Origin: Candidatus Omnitrophota bacterium
Lineage (GTDB): Bacteria > Omnitrophota > Gorgyraeia > JAGLLT01
Assembly: GCA_023140385.1 (NCBI GenBank)
Contig: JAGLLT010000039.1
Coordinates: 1 to 34,380, forward strand
Reading direction: 5' to 3'
DNA: 34,380 nt
A model generated the notes under the pieces. That model made no database searches and was not told the DNA's origin. It saw nothing but the letters and a program-made list of their open reading frames with translations. Positions 16,057 to 24,633 of the stretch are shown piece after piece. Both the position numbers and the translations under genes were made by a program. Numbering within the stretch: position 1 is the stretch's first letter; the number at the start of each line of letters is the position of its first letter.

Positions 16057-17313
16057 ATGGGAAAAACTATTGCGGAGAAGATATTAAGCAGTCACGCGGG
16101 AAGAGATCTGAAGGCTAATGACCTGGCTGTCTGCGAAGTGGACTTTTGCTTTGGGCAGGATGGGACAAGCGGGCTGATTATTGACTCTTTTGAGAAGTTG
16201 AAAAATGAAAAGGTAGCCGATAAGTCCCGCTTTTGCATGGTAATTGACCACTCGGCTCCCAGCCCCAATGAGAGGGTTTCTGAAATCCACAATAAGATGA
16301 GAAATTTTGCCGCTAAGCATGATCTTGGTATGTATGATATTGGCTGCGGGGTTTGTCATCAGATTGTACCCGAGGGAGGTCATGTAAGCTGCGGCGACTT
16401 GGTGGTTGGGGCGGATTCTCACACCTGTACTTATGGCGCTCTGAATATTTTTTCTACCGGCATGGGTTCGACTGACCTGAGCATAATTTTAGCCAGCGGC
16501 AAGACCTGGTTTAAGGTGCCTGAGACGGTCAAGGTTATGATTGACGGGGAACTGCCTAAAGGAGTTTACTCGAAAGATCTGATTCTTCATATTACCGGCG
16601 ATGTAGGCGCCAATGGCTGTACCTATAAAGCTATAGAGTTTTGCGGAGAAACTATTAGAGGCCTAAGTATGGATGCCCGTCTCACTATTTCTAATATGGC
16701 CATTGAGGTTGGGGCAAAGGCGGGTATTATGGATGCCGATGAAAAGACAATTGACTGGCTTAAGAGGTATTCAGATAAGATTCCTCAACCGGTAGCCAGC
16801 GATGAAGATGCCATTTACTCTGAGATAAAGGTTTATAATGCCCAAGAGGTTGAGCCGATGGTATCAAAACCCCACACAGTAGATAATACGGCAACTGTTT
16901 CTGAGGTGGAGGGAACAAAAGTAAATCAGGGATATATAGGTACCTGCACCAACGGAAGAGTAGAGGACTTGAGAATTGCCGCCGATATTTTAAAAGGCCG
17001 AAAGGTTAATTCCGAGGTTAGGTTTTTAGTGGCTCCAGCTTCACAGGTTGTATATTTGGAGGCCATTCGTGAAGGAATTATTTCTACTTTGATAGAAGCC
17101 GGTGCCGTAATTTTAACGCCCGGCTGCGGGCCGTGCGTAGGTACGCATCAGGGGGTGCCGGCAGACGGTGAGGTGGTTATCTCCACGGCTAACAGAAACT
17201 TTAAGGGCAGGATGGGTAACCCCAACGCCTATATTTATCTGGCCTCGCCCGCTACTGTAGCGGCCAGCATGATAACCGGCAGGATAACCGACCCGAGGAG
17301 TTACCTGAAATGA
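16057..17313 (+). CDS. Aconitase-family hydratase large subunit (LeuC/HacA type; probable two-subunit aconitase)
   Basis: MGKTIAEKIL, QDGT, IDH, GVCHQ, GADSHTCTYGA; [4Fe-4S] Cys in GTCTNGR and PGCGPCVG; STANRNFKGRMG. Confidence 0.92.
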   Translation: MGKTIAEKILSSHAGRDLKANDLAVCEVDFCFGQDGTSGLIIDSFEKLKNEKVADKSRFCMVIDHSAPSPNERVSEIHNKMRNFAAKHDLGMYDIGCGVCHQIVPEGGHVSCGDLVVGADSHTCTYGALNIFSTGMGSTDLSIILASGKTWFKVPETVKVMIDGELPKGVYSKDLILHITGDVGANGCTYKAIEFCGETIRGLSMDARLTISNMAIEVGAKAGIMDADEKTIDWLKRYSDKIPQPVASDEDAIYSEIKVYNAQEVEPMVSKPHTVDNTATVSEVEGTKVNQGYIGTCTNGRVEDLRIAADILKGRKVNSEVRFLVAPASQVVYLEAIREGIISTLIEAGAVILTPGCGPCVGTHQGVPADGEVVISTANRNFKGRMGNPNAYIYLASPATVAASMITGRITDPRSYLK

Positions 17314-17813
17314 TAATAAAAGGTGAGGTTATAAGACTTACCCAGGATGATGATGTAAATACAGACTATATAATTTCCGGAAGATATAAGTTCCAGATTC
17401 AGGACCCGAAGGAGCTGGCCAAGTACGTGTTTAATGATTTAGAGCCTGATTTTATCAAGCGGCTTGCCGGCCGCGGTATTATCGCTGCCGGAGAAAATTT
17501 TGGCTGCGGCTCATCGCGTGAGCAAGCACCCCTGGCCTTGAAGTACGCGGGCATAAAGGCGATTATTGCCAAAAGTTTTGCCAGAATTTTTTACCGTAAC
17601 GCCTTTAATCTGGGAATAATTTTAATAGAGGCTGATACGGAAGATATAAAAGACGGAGATTTGATTGAGCTTGACCTTGATAGCGGTTTCCTGAAAAACA
17701 AAAGCCGGGAGTTTGAATTAAAGGTGAATCCTCTGCCGGAGTTTATGAAGGAGGTTGTTAAGCTTGGTTCGATTGTTAATTATTTCAATAAATACGGAGG
17801 TTTTAAGTTTTGA
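17310..17813 (+). CDS. Aconitase-family hydratase small subunit (LeuD/HacB type)
   Basis: [47 protein letters not shown] overlap with the large subunit. Confidence 0.92.
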   Translation: MIIKGEVIRLTQDDDVNTDYIISGRYKFQIQDPKELAKYVFNDLEPDFIKRLAGRGIIAAGENFGCGSSREQAPLALKYAGIKAIIAKSFARIFYRNAFNLGIILIEADTEDIKDGDLIELDLDSGFLKNKSREFELKVNPLPEFMKEVVKLGSIVNYFNKYGGFKF

Positions 17814-18907
17814 CGAAACATAAAATTACCTTAATTCCGGGAGACGGTATAGGGCCGGAGGTGAGCGAGGCGGCCAGGCGCTGTATTGAGGCAACAGGCA
17901 TTGATGTTGCCTGGGATGTAGTAGAGGCTGGCGCGGCAGTTTTAGAAAGAGAAGGCACACCTCTTCCTGATACGGTCATTGAGTCAATAAAGAAAAATAA
18001 GGTCGCTATAAAAGGGCCCATCGTAACACCGGTAGGCAAGGGATTTCGTTCGGTTAACGTTGCCTTGCGGCAAAAACTTAATCTTTACAGTTGTTTAAGG
18101 CCGTGTAAAAGTTATGAAGGGTTAAAACTTCCATATAATAATATTGATTTGGTGGTAGTCAGAGAAAATACAGAGGATCTTTACGCCGGCATAGAATTTG
18201 AAGAAGGCAAAGATGAGACCGGAGAGTTAATCGCTGTTATTGAAAAATTGTCTTCAAGAAAAATTCCTGAAGACTCGGGTATCAGCATTAAGCCTATGTC
18301 GGTATCAGCCACGAAGAAAATTGTAAAATTTGCTTTTGAGTACGCCCTTAAAAATGGCAGGAAAATGGTAACCGCTGTTCATAAGGCTAATATTATGAAA
18401 TTTACTGACGGCCTATTTCTTAAGGCCGCCCGCGAAGTTGCCAAAGAATATGAAGGCAGGGTGGAGTTTAGTGATAACATAGTTGATAATATGTGCATGC
18501 AGTTGGTTCTACGCCCGTATAACTTTGACGTGCTGGTTTTGCCCAATCTGTACGGTGACATTATATCTGATTTATGCGCCGGATTAGTGGGGGGGCTGGG
18601 ATTGGCGCCCGGAGCTAATATTGGCGATGAATACGCCGTTTTTGAAGCTACTCACGGTTCGGCTCCGAAGTATACCGGCTTAAATAAAGTTAATCCTATA
18701 GCCATGATTTTGTCAGGTGTTTTGATGCTTCATCATATTGGCGAAGACAAGGCGGGCGTAAAGCTGGAAGAGGCGGTCAGGCTGGTTATTAAAGAGGGCA
18801 AGTCGGTTACTTATGACCTGAAAGAAGACAGAAATGACCCGGCCGCCGTCGGTACCAGCCAGATGGCAGACGCGATAATTGAAAAATTAGGATGTGTCCC
18901 TAATTAA
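17810..18907 (+). CDS. icd: Isocitrate dehydrogenase (short IDH/IPMDH-family type, NADP signature)
   Basis: [19 protein letters not shown] (isocitrate-type S-x-N), [33 protein letters not shown] and VTYDL (NADP-type residues); TTG start overlapping the upstream stop. Confidence 0.85.
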   Translation: MTKHKITLIPGDGIGPEVSEAARRCIEATGIDVAWDVVEAGAAVLEREGTPLPDTVIESIKKNKVAIKGPIVTPVGKGFRSVNVALRQKLNLYSCLRPCKSYEGLKLPYNNIDLVVVRENTEDLYAGIEFEEGKDETGELIAVIEKLSSRKIPEDSGISIKPMSVSATKKIVKFAFEYALKNGRKMVTAVHKANIMKFTDGLFLKAAREVAKEYEGRVEFSDNIVDNMCMQLVLRPYNFDVLVLPNLYGDIISDLCAGLVGGLGLAPGANIGDEYAVFEATHGSAPKYTGLNKVNPIAMILSGVLMLHHIGEDKAGVKLEEAVRLVIKEGKSVTYDLKEDRNDPAAVGTSQMADAIIEKLGCVPN

Positions 18908-18920
18908 ATGGAGGTGTTGT

Positions 18921-19517
18921 ATGTTTAGGAAGATGATAGGAACTGTTGTAATATTATTGTTGTTTGTATTCTCTTTCGCGGTGAAAACGGATGCTCAGGA
19001 AGCAATTTCTCCGGAGAAACGAGCGTTGATTAAAGAACTACTTGAAGTTACGAAAGTAGTGGAGATGTCTAATAGTATGACGGACACAATGTTACAGCAG
19101 ATGGAAAGAAATTATCCCCAAATGATATCTCAGATGATGTCTGAAGGTGGACTCTTGATGGATAAAGAACAGGATGAGTTTCAAAAGGAACTTATTGAGA
19201 GCCAACTTCGTTTTTCCAAGCGGTTTAGAGAGCTATATCCGAAAAGGGTAAATATGGAACAAGTTATAGAAGAGATATACTATCCTTTGTATGACAAATA
19301 TTTTACAGAAAATGAATTAAAAGATATAGTTGTGTTTTATAAATCTTCTACGGGAAAGAAATTTATTGAAGTAACGCCGCAGTTATTTCAGGAGTCAATG
19401 CGAAAGTCCAGCGAGTTGTTAAATCCTAAAATCATACAATTGGTTAATGAAATTATGCAAGAAGAGAAAGAGCGTCTGTCAAAAACACAGGAAGAGGGAG
19501 AGCCGAGTGAAGATTAG
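18921..19517 (+). CDS. DUF2059-domain secreted protein
   Basis: GGAGG RBS at 18910-18914 and ATG at 18921; signal peptide; YDKYFTENELKDIVVFYKSSTGKKF motif. Confidence 0.85.
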   Translation: MFRKMIGTVVILLLFVFSFAVKTDAQEAISPEKRALIKELLEVTKVVEMSNSMTDTMLQQMERNYPQMISQMMSEGGLLMDKEQDEFQKELIESQLRFSKRFRELYPKRVNMEQVIEEIYYPLYDKYFTENELKDIVVFYKSSTGKKFIEVTPQLFQESMRKSSELLNPKIIQLVNEIMQEEKERLSKTQEEGEPSED

Positions 19518-20433
19518 CATAATCGGCGCCGGTAACGTTGGTTCGACTTTGGCCTTTAAAATTTTGGAGGAAGAACTTGCCGACGTTGTCCTGGTGGATA
19601 TAAACGGCGATATGGCAAAGGGTAAGGCCCTTGATTTAAACGATGCTTGCGGTGTCCTGGGTAGTAAAAAAAAGGCGGTCGGCGCCGGCAATTATAGTGA
19701 AATAAGAGGTTCGGAGGTTGTAGTTGTTACTGCCGGCTTTGCCAGGCGGCCCGGCATGACAAGAGAGGACTTGTTGATAAAGAACGCCGGGGTAATAAAA
19801 GAAGTAGCCGGAAAGATAAAAGAAAACGCGCCTCAATCAATCATCCTAATGGTAACAAATCCGCTGGATGTGACTACTTATCTGGCTTTAAAAGTAAGCG
19901 GTTTTGATAAAAAGAGAGTTCTGGGTATGGCCGGGGTGCTGGATTCGGCGAGGCTTTCGGTCATTGTATCAGACGAGTTAAGGCGGGAGGTTTCTTCTGT
20001 GGAATCTCTGGTGTTGGGAACTCACGGTGACTCAATGGTGCCGCTAAAAAACAAAATCAGCGCGGGCGGCCGGAGATTGGATGAGCTTTTAGAAAAAGCA
20101 AAGATAGATGAGCTTCTCGAGAAGGCCGCGGGCCAGGGAGGCAGGATAGTTTCTTATCTAAAAGGGGGCAGTGCCTATTATGCCCCGGCGATTAGTGTTT
20201 ATAAGATGCTGGAGGCTATTGTAAATGACAGGGGCAGTATCCTGCCCGTATCGGCTTATCTGGAAGGTGAGTACAATTTGAGAGACGTTTGCCTTGGTGT
20301 CCCGGCGAGGCTCGGCAAAGGCGGCATTGAGGAAATTGTAGAGGTTGAGTTGACTAAAGAAGAAGAGATATCCCTCCAGAAGGCCGGCGCTGTCATAAAA
20401 GCCGGTATCGCTAAAGTTATAACTGCTGACTAA
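19507..20433 (+). CDS. mdh: Malate dehydrogenase (LDH-like type)
   Basis: GTG start at 19507 (VKISIIGAGNVG); TAGFARRPGMTREDL with the MDH-specific Arg; NPLD, LDSAR, HGD, SAYYAPA. Confidence 0.92.
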   Translation: MKISIIGAGNVGSTLAFKILEEELADVVLVDINGDMAKGKALDLNDACGVLGSKKKAVGAGNYSEIRGSEVVVVTAGFARRPGMTREDLLIKNAGVIKEVAGKIKENAPQSIILMVTNPLDVTTYLALKVSGFDKKRVLGMAGVLDSARLSVIVSDELRREVSSVESLVLGTHGDSMVPLKNKISAGGRRLDELLEKAKIDELLEKAAGQGGRIVSYLKGGSAYYAPAISVYKMLEAIVNDRGSILPVSAYLEGEYNLRDVCLGVPARLGKGGIEEIVEVELTKEEEISLQKAGAVIKAGIAKVITAD

Positions 20434-20443
20434 ATACCGTATA

Positions 20444-21379
20444 ATGAATACTATCTTTTTCCGCAATAATAGAGCTTACGGCGGGCTATTTTTATTAACT
20501 TTATTGTTCGCGTTTACTGCCGGCTCCTCATGTTCAAAAAACAGCGTTCATTCTCAAAAGTATCTTTTGATGGGGACAACAGTAGAAATTACAGTTGCCG
20601 GGGAAAATAAAACGGTGGCTGAAAAAGCTTTAAGCAGGGCATTTGGCGAGATAAAGAGGGTAGACTGCCTGATGAGCTACTTTGATGATAATAGCCTTTT
20701 ATCCAGACTAAACGCTCTGGCAGTTAAAGGGCCCGTCAGGGTAAATAAGGAGCTTTATTATGTTATTGATAAATGCCTTGAATTTGCTAAAATAACAGAA
20801 GGAGCTTTTGATGTTACGGCTACTTCTCTGGATAAAGCCGGAGGCTATCGGGAGGTTATTCTTGGTGCCGAAGAGAGGACAATTCATTTCAAAAATGATA
20901 AGGTTAAGATTGACCTTAGCGCGGCCGCTAAGGGTTATGCTGTAGATAGAGCTGTATTTGTTCTGAGGGAAGACGGTATAAAAAATGCCCTGGTTAATGC
21001 CGGAGGAGACATGAGGGCAATAGGCTGTTTTGGCAAAAGGAACTGGGCAGTCGGGGTGCGCGACCCCAAACTTAAAAATAAGATTACCCGGGCCGTTTTT
21101 TTGGCCGATAAGGCTGTGGCCACCTCGGGCAACTATTTGCGCGATCATATTATCAGGACAGGCACCGGAGCTGGCAAGGAAAATATACTTTCTTCAACCG
21201 TTATTGCCTCCGACTGCCTGACAGCCGACATTTTAGCTACCTCTTTATTCGTTATGGGCAGAAAAGGGATTAATTTAATTGAAAACTTAGAAGAAGTTGA
21301 AGCCCTTTTAATAATAGAAAGAGATGGAAAAGCGGAATTTATAGAAAGCTCGGGATTTAGTAATTATAAGGATAAATAG
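20444..21379 (+). CDS. apbE: FAD:protein FMN transferase
   Basis: LMGTTV, TEGAFDVT, IDLSAAAKGYAVD, VNAGGD, ATSGNY, HII, ADILAT; N-terminal lipoprotein-like signal (..TAGSSC). Confidence 0.9.
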   Translation: MNTIFFRNNRAYGGLFLLTLLFAFTAGSSCSKNSVHSQKYLLMGTTVEITVAGENKTVAEKALSRAFGEIKRVDCLMSYFDDNSLLSRLNALAVKGPVRVNKELYYVIDKCLEFAKITEGAFDVTATSLDKAGGYREVILGAEERTIHFKNDKVKIDLSAAAKGYAVDRAVFVLREDGIKNALVNAGGDMRAIGCFGKRNWAVGVRDPKLKNKITRAVFLADKAVATSGNYLRDHIIRTGTGAGKENILSSTVIASDCLTADILATSLFVMGRKGINLIENLEEVEALLIIERDGKAEFIESSGFSNYKDK

Positions 21380-21446
21380 CTCGGAGCCCAACAGTATGGG
21401 TTCATTCAGACAGACGACGGATACCTGAAAAATTAAGGAGGTTTTT

Positions 21447-22409
21447 ATGTTTAGATTTTTTAAAATTCTTATAGCTCTATGTATTATTTTTTCAATAAGT
21501 AGCTTATCCGTAAAAGCGGAAATTGTGGACGGCATCATTGCCATTGTCAACAATGAGGTGATTACTCAAGGGGAGCTCAATCAGATACTGCTTCCTATCT
21601 ATGCTCAGTACAAATCGACGTATACGGATGAAGAACTACTCCAGAAACTTGATGACGCCCGCCGGAATATACTATATCAGCTTATTGAGGATAAACTGAT
21701 TCTTCAGGAAGCCAAAAGAGTCGAAGTTATCGTCGACGACAAAGAAGTTTCCGGGCGGATGGAGCAGATTAAGTCTCAATTCGCGGACGCGGACGAATTT
21801 AAAGAGGCCCTTAAGTCTCAAAATTTAAGCATTTCGGACTTAAAGGATAAATACAGGGAACAGATAATGATAAAAAGGCTTATTGATTATATGGTGCGCT
21901 CTAAGGTAGAAATCGCGCCCACGGAAATAAGCCGGTATTACGAAGAACATCGGAATGAATTTAACGTTTCTAAGCAGTTAAAAGTTAAAACCATCCTTAT
22001 ACGAAAAGACGACGAAGATCCGGAAAGCCAGGCGGAGCTTCAGAAAAAAATCAAAGAGATACATAAAAAGGTAAAAGAGGGAAACGACTTTTCAAAGATT
22101 GCCCGGGAATACTCCGAAGACCCTTCGGCTGTTGACGGTGGAGATATGGGTTATATAGAGAAGGGCCAGATGATGAAGAAGATTGACGACCTTCTATTTT
22201 CCTTAAAGCCGGAGGAGATTTCAGATGTTATTGAAACCGGCATAGGGTATCATATTTTTCAGGTTGTAGAAATTAAAGAAGCGAAGGTTATGCCTTATGA
22301 AGAAGTCAGATTGTCTATCAAGGAGAAGTTGTTTCAGGAGAAGGCCAGAGATAGAATGAACGAATGGATGAATAGCCTAAAAGAAAATGCGTACATCTCA
22401 ATTAAATAA
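21447..22409 (+). CDS. surA: SurA-like periplasmic chaperone / parvulin PPIase
   Basis: Signal peptide, VDGIIAIVNNEVIT, FSKIAREYSEDPSAVDGGDMGY, GYHIF; surA-pdxA-rsmA synteny. Confidence 0.85.
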   Translation: MFRFFKILIALCIIFSISSLSVKAEIVDGIIAIVNNEVITQGELNQILLPIYAQYKSTYTDEELLQKLDDARRNILYQLIEDKLILQEAKRVEVIVDDKEVSGRMEQIKSQFADADEFKEALKSQNLSISDLKDKYREQIMIKRLIDYMVRSKVEIAPTEISRYYEEHRNEFNVSKQLKVKTILIRKDDEDPESQAELQKKIKEIHKKVKEGNDFSKIAREYSEDPSAVDGGDMGYIEKGQMMKKIDDLLFSLKPEEISDVIETGIGYHIFQVVEIKEAKVMPYEEVRLSIKEKLFQEKARDRMNEWMNSLKENAYISIK

Positions 22410-23376
22410 TATACGTATCGGTATTACCGCCGGCGACGCCGCCGGCATCGGGCCGGAGATCATATTAAAGGCGCTGGCTAAGGTAAAGGACAAAAGCGTT
22501 TCTTTTTTGATTATCGGGGATTATGAGGTTTTTAAAAAGGTTAAAACCAAACTTGCCCGCCGCGGAATAAACTATCTGCCTCGCGGAGTAAATTTTTTAG
22601 ATATGAATATTATCGGCAAAAGGAGTTATAAATTAGGCAGGCCGTCAAAGCTCTGCGGGAGGGCGTCAATAGCCTATATTAAGGAGGCGGCGAATTTAAT
22701 CAGAGACAAGAAGATAGACGCGTTGGTTACAGCCCCTATTAACAAAGAAGCCATAAGCCTGGCCGGGTGCAAGTGGCGCGGCCACACTGAGTTGTTGGCG
22801 CATCTGGCAGGGATAGAAGAAGTGGCTATGATGTTTGTGGCGGAGCAGTTTAAAATAATTTTAGTTACTACCCACGTAGCCTTAAGTAAAGTGAATAAGA
22901 TATTAAATCCGCGATTAATATTAAAAAAAATTGAATTGGCGGATAGGTATTTAAAGGGATACTTCCGGATAAAACGGCCCTTGATAGGGGTTTGCGGATT
23001 TAATCCTCATGCTTCCGATGGAGGGCTTTTCGGTAAAGAAGAATGTGACAGTATACTTCCGGCCGTAAAGATGGCCAAAAGGAAAAAAATTAACGTTATG
23101 GGCCCTGAGTCTGCCGAATCTCTTTTTCATCAGGCGTACCACGGCAAGATTGACGCCCTAATCTGTATGTATCACGACCAAGCCTTAATTCCTCTGAAAA
23201 TGATTTTAAGAGACAAGGCGGTCAATCTCACCATAGGACTTCCATATATCCGCACTTCACCGTCTTCGGGTACGGCCTATGATATCTCAGCCCGGACAAT
23301 AGCCAGGCCGGAGTCAATGATAGAAGCTGTTAAGTTAGCCGCCTCTTTGACAAGGATTAAAAAGGCGCGGCTTTGA
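22387..23376 (+). CDS. pdxA: 4-hydroxythreonine-4-phosphate dehydrogenase
   Basis: GDAAGIGPEI, VTAPINK, GHTE, NPHA and YHDQ (three metal His), VNLTIGLPYIRTSP. Confidence 0.92.
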   Translation: MRTSQLNNIRIGITAGDAAGIGPEIILKALAKVKDKSVSFLIIGDYEVFKKVKTKLARRGINYLPRGVNFLDMNIIGKRSYKLGRPSKLCGRASIAYIKEAANLIRDKKIDALVTAPINKEAISLAGCKWRGHTELLAHLAGIEEVAMMFVAEQFKIILVTTHVALSKVNKILNPRLILKKIELADRYLKGYFRIKRPLIGVCGFNPHASDGGLFGKEECDSILPAVKMAKRKKINVMGPESAESLFHQAYHGKIDALICMYHDQALIPLKMILRDKAVNLTIGLPYIRTSPSSGTAYDISARTIARPESMIEAVKLAASLTRIKKARL

Positions 23377-24236
23377 TGTTAAGTCAATCAGAGGTAATAA
23401 AATTACTTAATGAACACAATATACGGGCTAAAAAAAGGTTTGGCCAGAACTTTCTAATTGATAAAAATATCAACAAGATAATTCTGAAGGAAATTGATTT
23501 AAACAAGCGTGATATGGTGATAGAGGTCGGAGCGGGATTTGGCGGCCTTGCTTGTTTAATGGCTGAGATGGCGGGCCGGGTTTTTGCCGTAGAGCTTGAT
23601 AGAAAGTTAGCGGGGATTTTAAGAGAGAAGCTAAGCGCGTTTAATAATGCTAAAGTTATAGAAGGTGATTTTTTAGAGTTTGATTTAAAAAAGGTTATCC
23701 GCGGCTCTTTTAATAAAAAAATTAAGGTAATCGGCAATCTGCCGTACTATATAAGCAGTCCTGTAGTTTTCCGGCTCATAGAGTATAAAGCTATAATAAA
23801 AACAGCTTTAATTATGGTGCAAAAAGAGGTTGCCCGGCGATTTGTTGCCTGCCCCGGTGGAAAAGAACGCGGCATTTTAAGCTGTTTGCTAAGTTATTAC
23901 GGCAAGAGCCGTATCGTGAAGTACGTTAGCAAGAACTCTTTTTATCCCAGGCCCAAGGTTGATTCAGCTTTAGTGAGGATAGATTTTTTTAAACAATCTC
24001 CTTTTAAAGTCAGCAATGAAGGCCTTTTCAAAAAGGTTGTAGAGGGGGCATTCTCCAAAAGAAGAAAAAATATATTAAATTCGCTTTCTTCCTGCTCTGG
24101 CCTCAAGCTTAATAAACCGGAGTTGTTTTCTATATTGGAAGAACTTAAAATAGATTTTAGAACGAGAGCTGAACAGCTTGAAGCCGAAGAATTAGCCGAA
24201 ATCGCCAATTTAATCGTAAAAAAAGGCGTAAGTTGA
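23376..24236 (+). CDS. rsmA: 16S rRNA (adenine-N6,N6)-dimethyltransferase
   Basis: KKRFGQNFLID, EVGAGFG, VELD, GNLPYYISS, MVQKEVA, FYPRPKVDS; ATG at 23376 (TTG at 23373 is an alternative). Confidence 0.95.
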   Translation: MLSQSEVIKLLNEHNIRAKKRFGQNFLIDKNINKIILKEIDLNKRDMVIEVGAGFGGLACLMAEMAGRVFAVELDRKLAGILREKLSAFNNAKVIEGDFLEFDLKKVIRGSFNKKIKVIGNLPYYISSPVVFRLIEYKAIIKTALIMVQKEVARRFVACPGGKERGILSCLLSYYGKSRIVKYVSKNSFYPRPKVDSALVRIDFFKQSPFKVSNEGLFKKVVEGAFSKRRKNILNSLSSCSGLKLNKPELFSILEELKIDFRTRAEQLEAEELAEIANLIVKKGVS

Positions 24237-24306
24237 CACATAAGATTGAACCTAAAATATAAAGTTAGAATAGCACTAATTCTTCTTTTTCTTGATTGCT
24301 TTCTAT

Positions 24307-24335
24307 TTGACTTTTGAGTTTATTTGTGTTACTTT
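24307..24335 (+). promoter_or_regulatory. Probable promoter for gatCAB
   Basis: TTGACT (24307-24312), 17 bp spacer, extended -10 TG-t-TACTTT (24327-24335). Confidence 0.45.
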
Positions 24336-24357
24336 GTGTGCGGATGGAGAAGATGAT

Positions 24358-24633
24358 ATGGACGTGAAATATACAGCTGAACTCGCGAAAATCCGGCTAA
24401 ATAAGGAGCAGGTTGATAAGCTTGGATCCGAACTTAACGATATCCTTTCTTTTTTTAAAAATCTCAAAGAAGTTGACACGAAAGGTGTTGAACCCTTAAG
24501 CCATGTGCTTGCTTTAAAGAACGTATTTCGTGATGACATAGTTAAGCCCTCTCTTAAGAAAGCTGATGTTTTGAAAAACGCCCCCCAAAAAGACACTCAC
24601 TATATCAAAGTTCCAAGGGTGATTAAAGGATGA
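24358..24633 (+). CDS. gatC: Asp/Glu-tRNA amidotransferase subunit C
   Basis: ATG at 24358 behind GGAG; LAKIRL, EVDTKGVEPLSH, NVFRDD, NAP, KVPRVI. Confidence 0.93.
   Translation: MDVKYTAELAKIRLNKEQVDKLGSELNDILSFFKNLKEVDTKGVEPLSHVLALKNVFRDDIVKPSLKKADVLKNAPQKDTHYIKVPRVIKG

Noticed and set aside
16057..18907. leuC-leuD-leuB leucine operon
   Set aside because: The dehydrogenase has isocitrate/NADP signatures, mdh follows and no leuA is present. Gene symbols were withheld for the hydratase.
19447..19506. Extended mdh N-terminus
   Set aside because: It lies inside the DUF2059 gene; the Rossmann motif and RBS support GTG 19507.
24233..24263. Promoter from a perfect TTGACA at the rsmA stop
   Set aside because: Candidate -10 boxes lie at 14 or 19 bp spacing; the 24307 candidate fits better.
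24292..24357. Extended gatC N-terminus
   Set aside because: It covers the probable promoter; the GGAG RBS supports ATG 24358.
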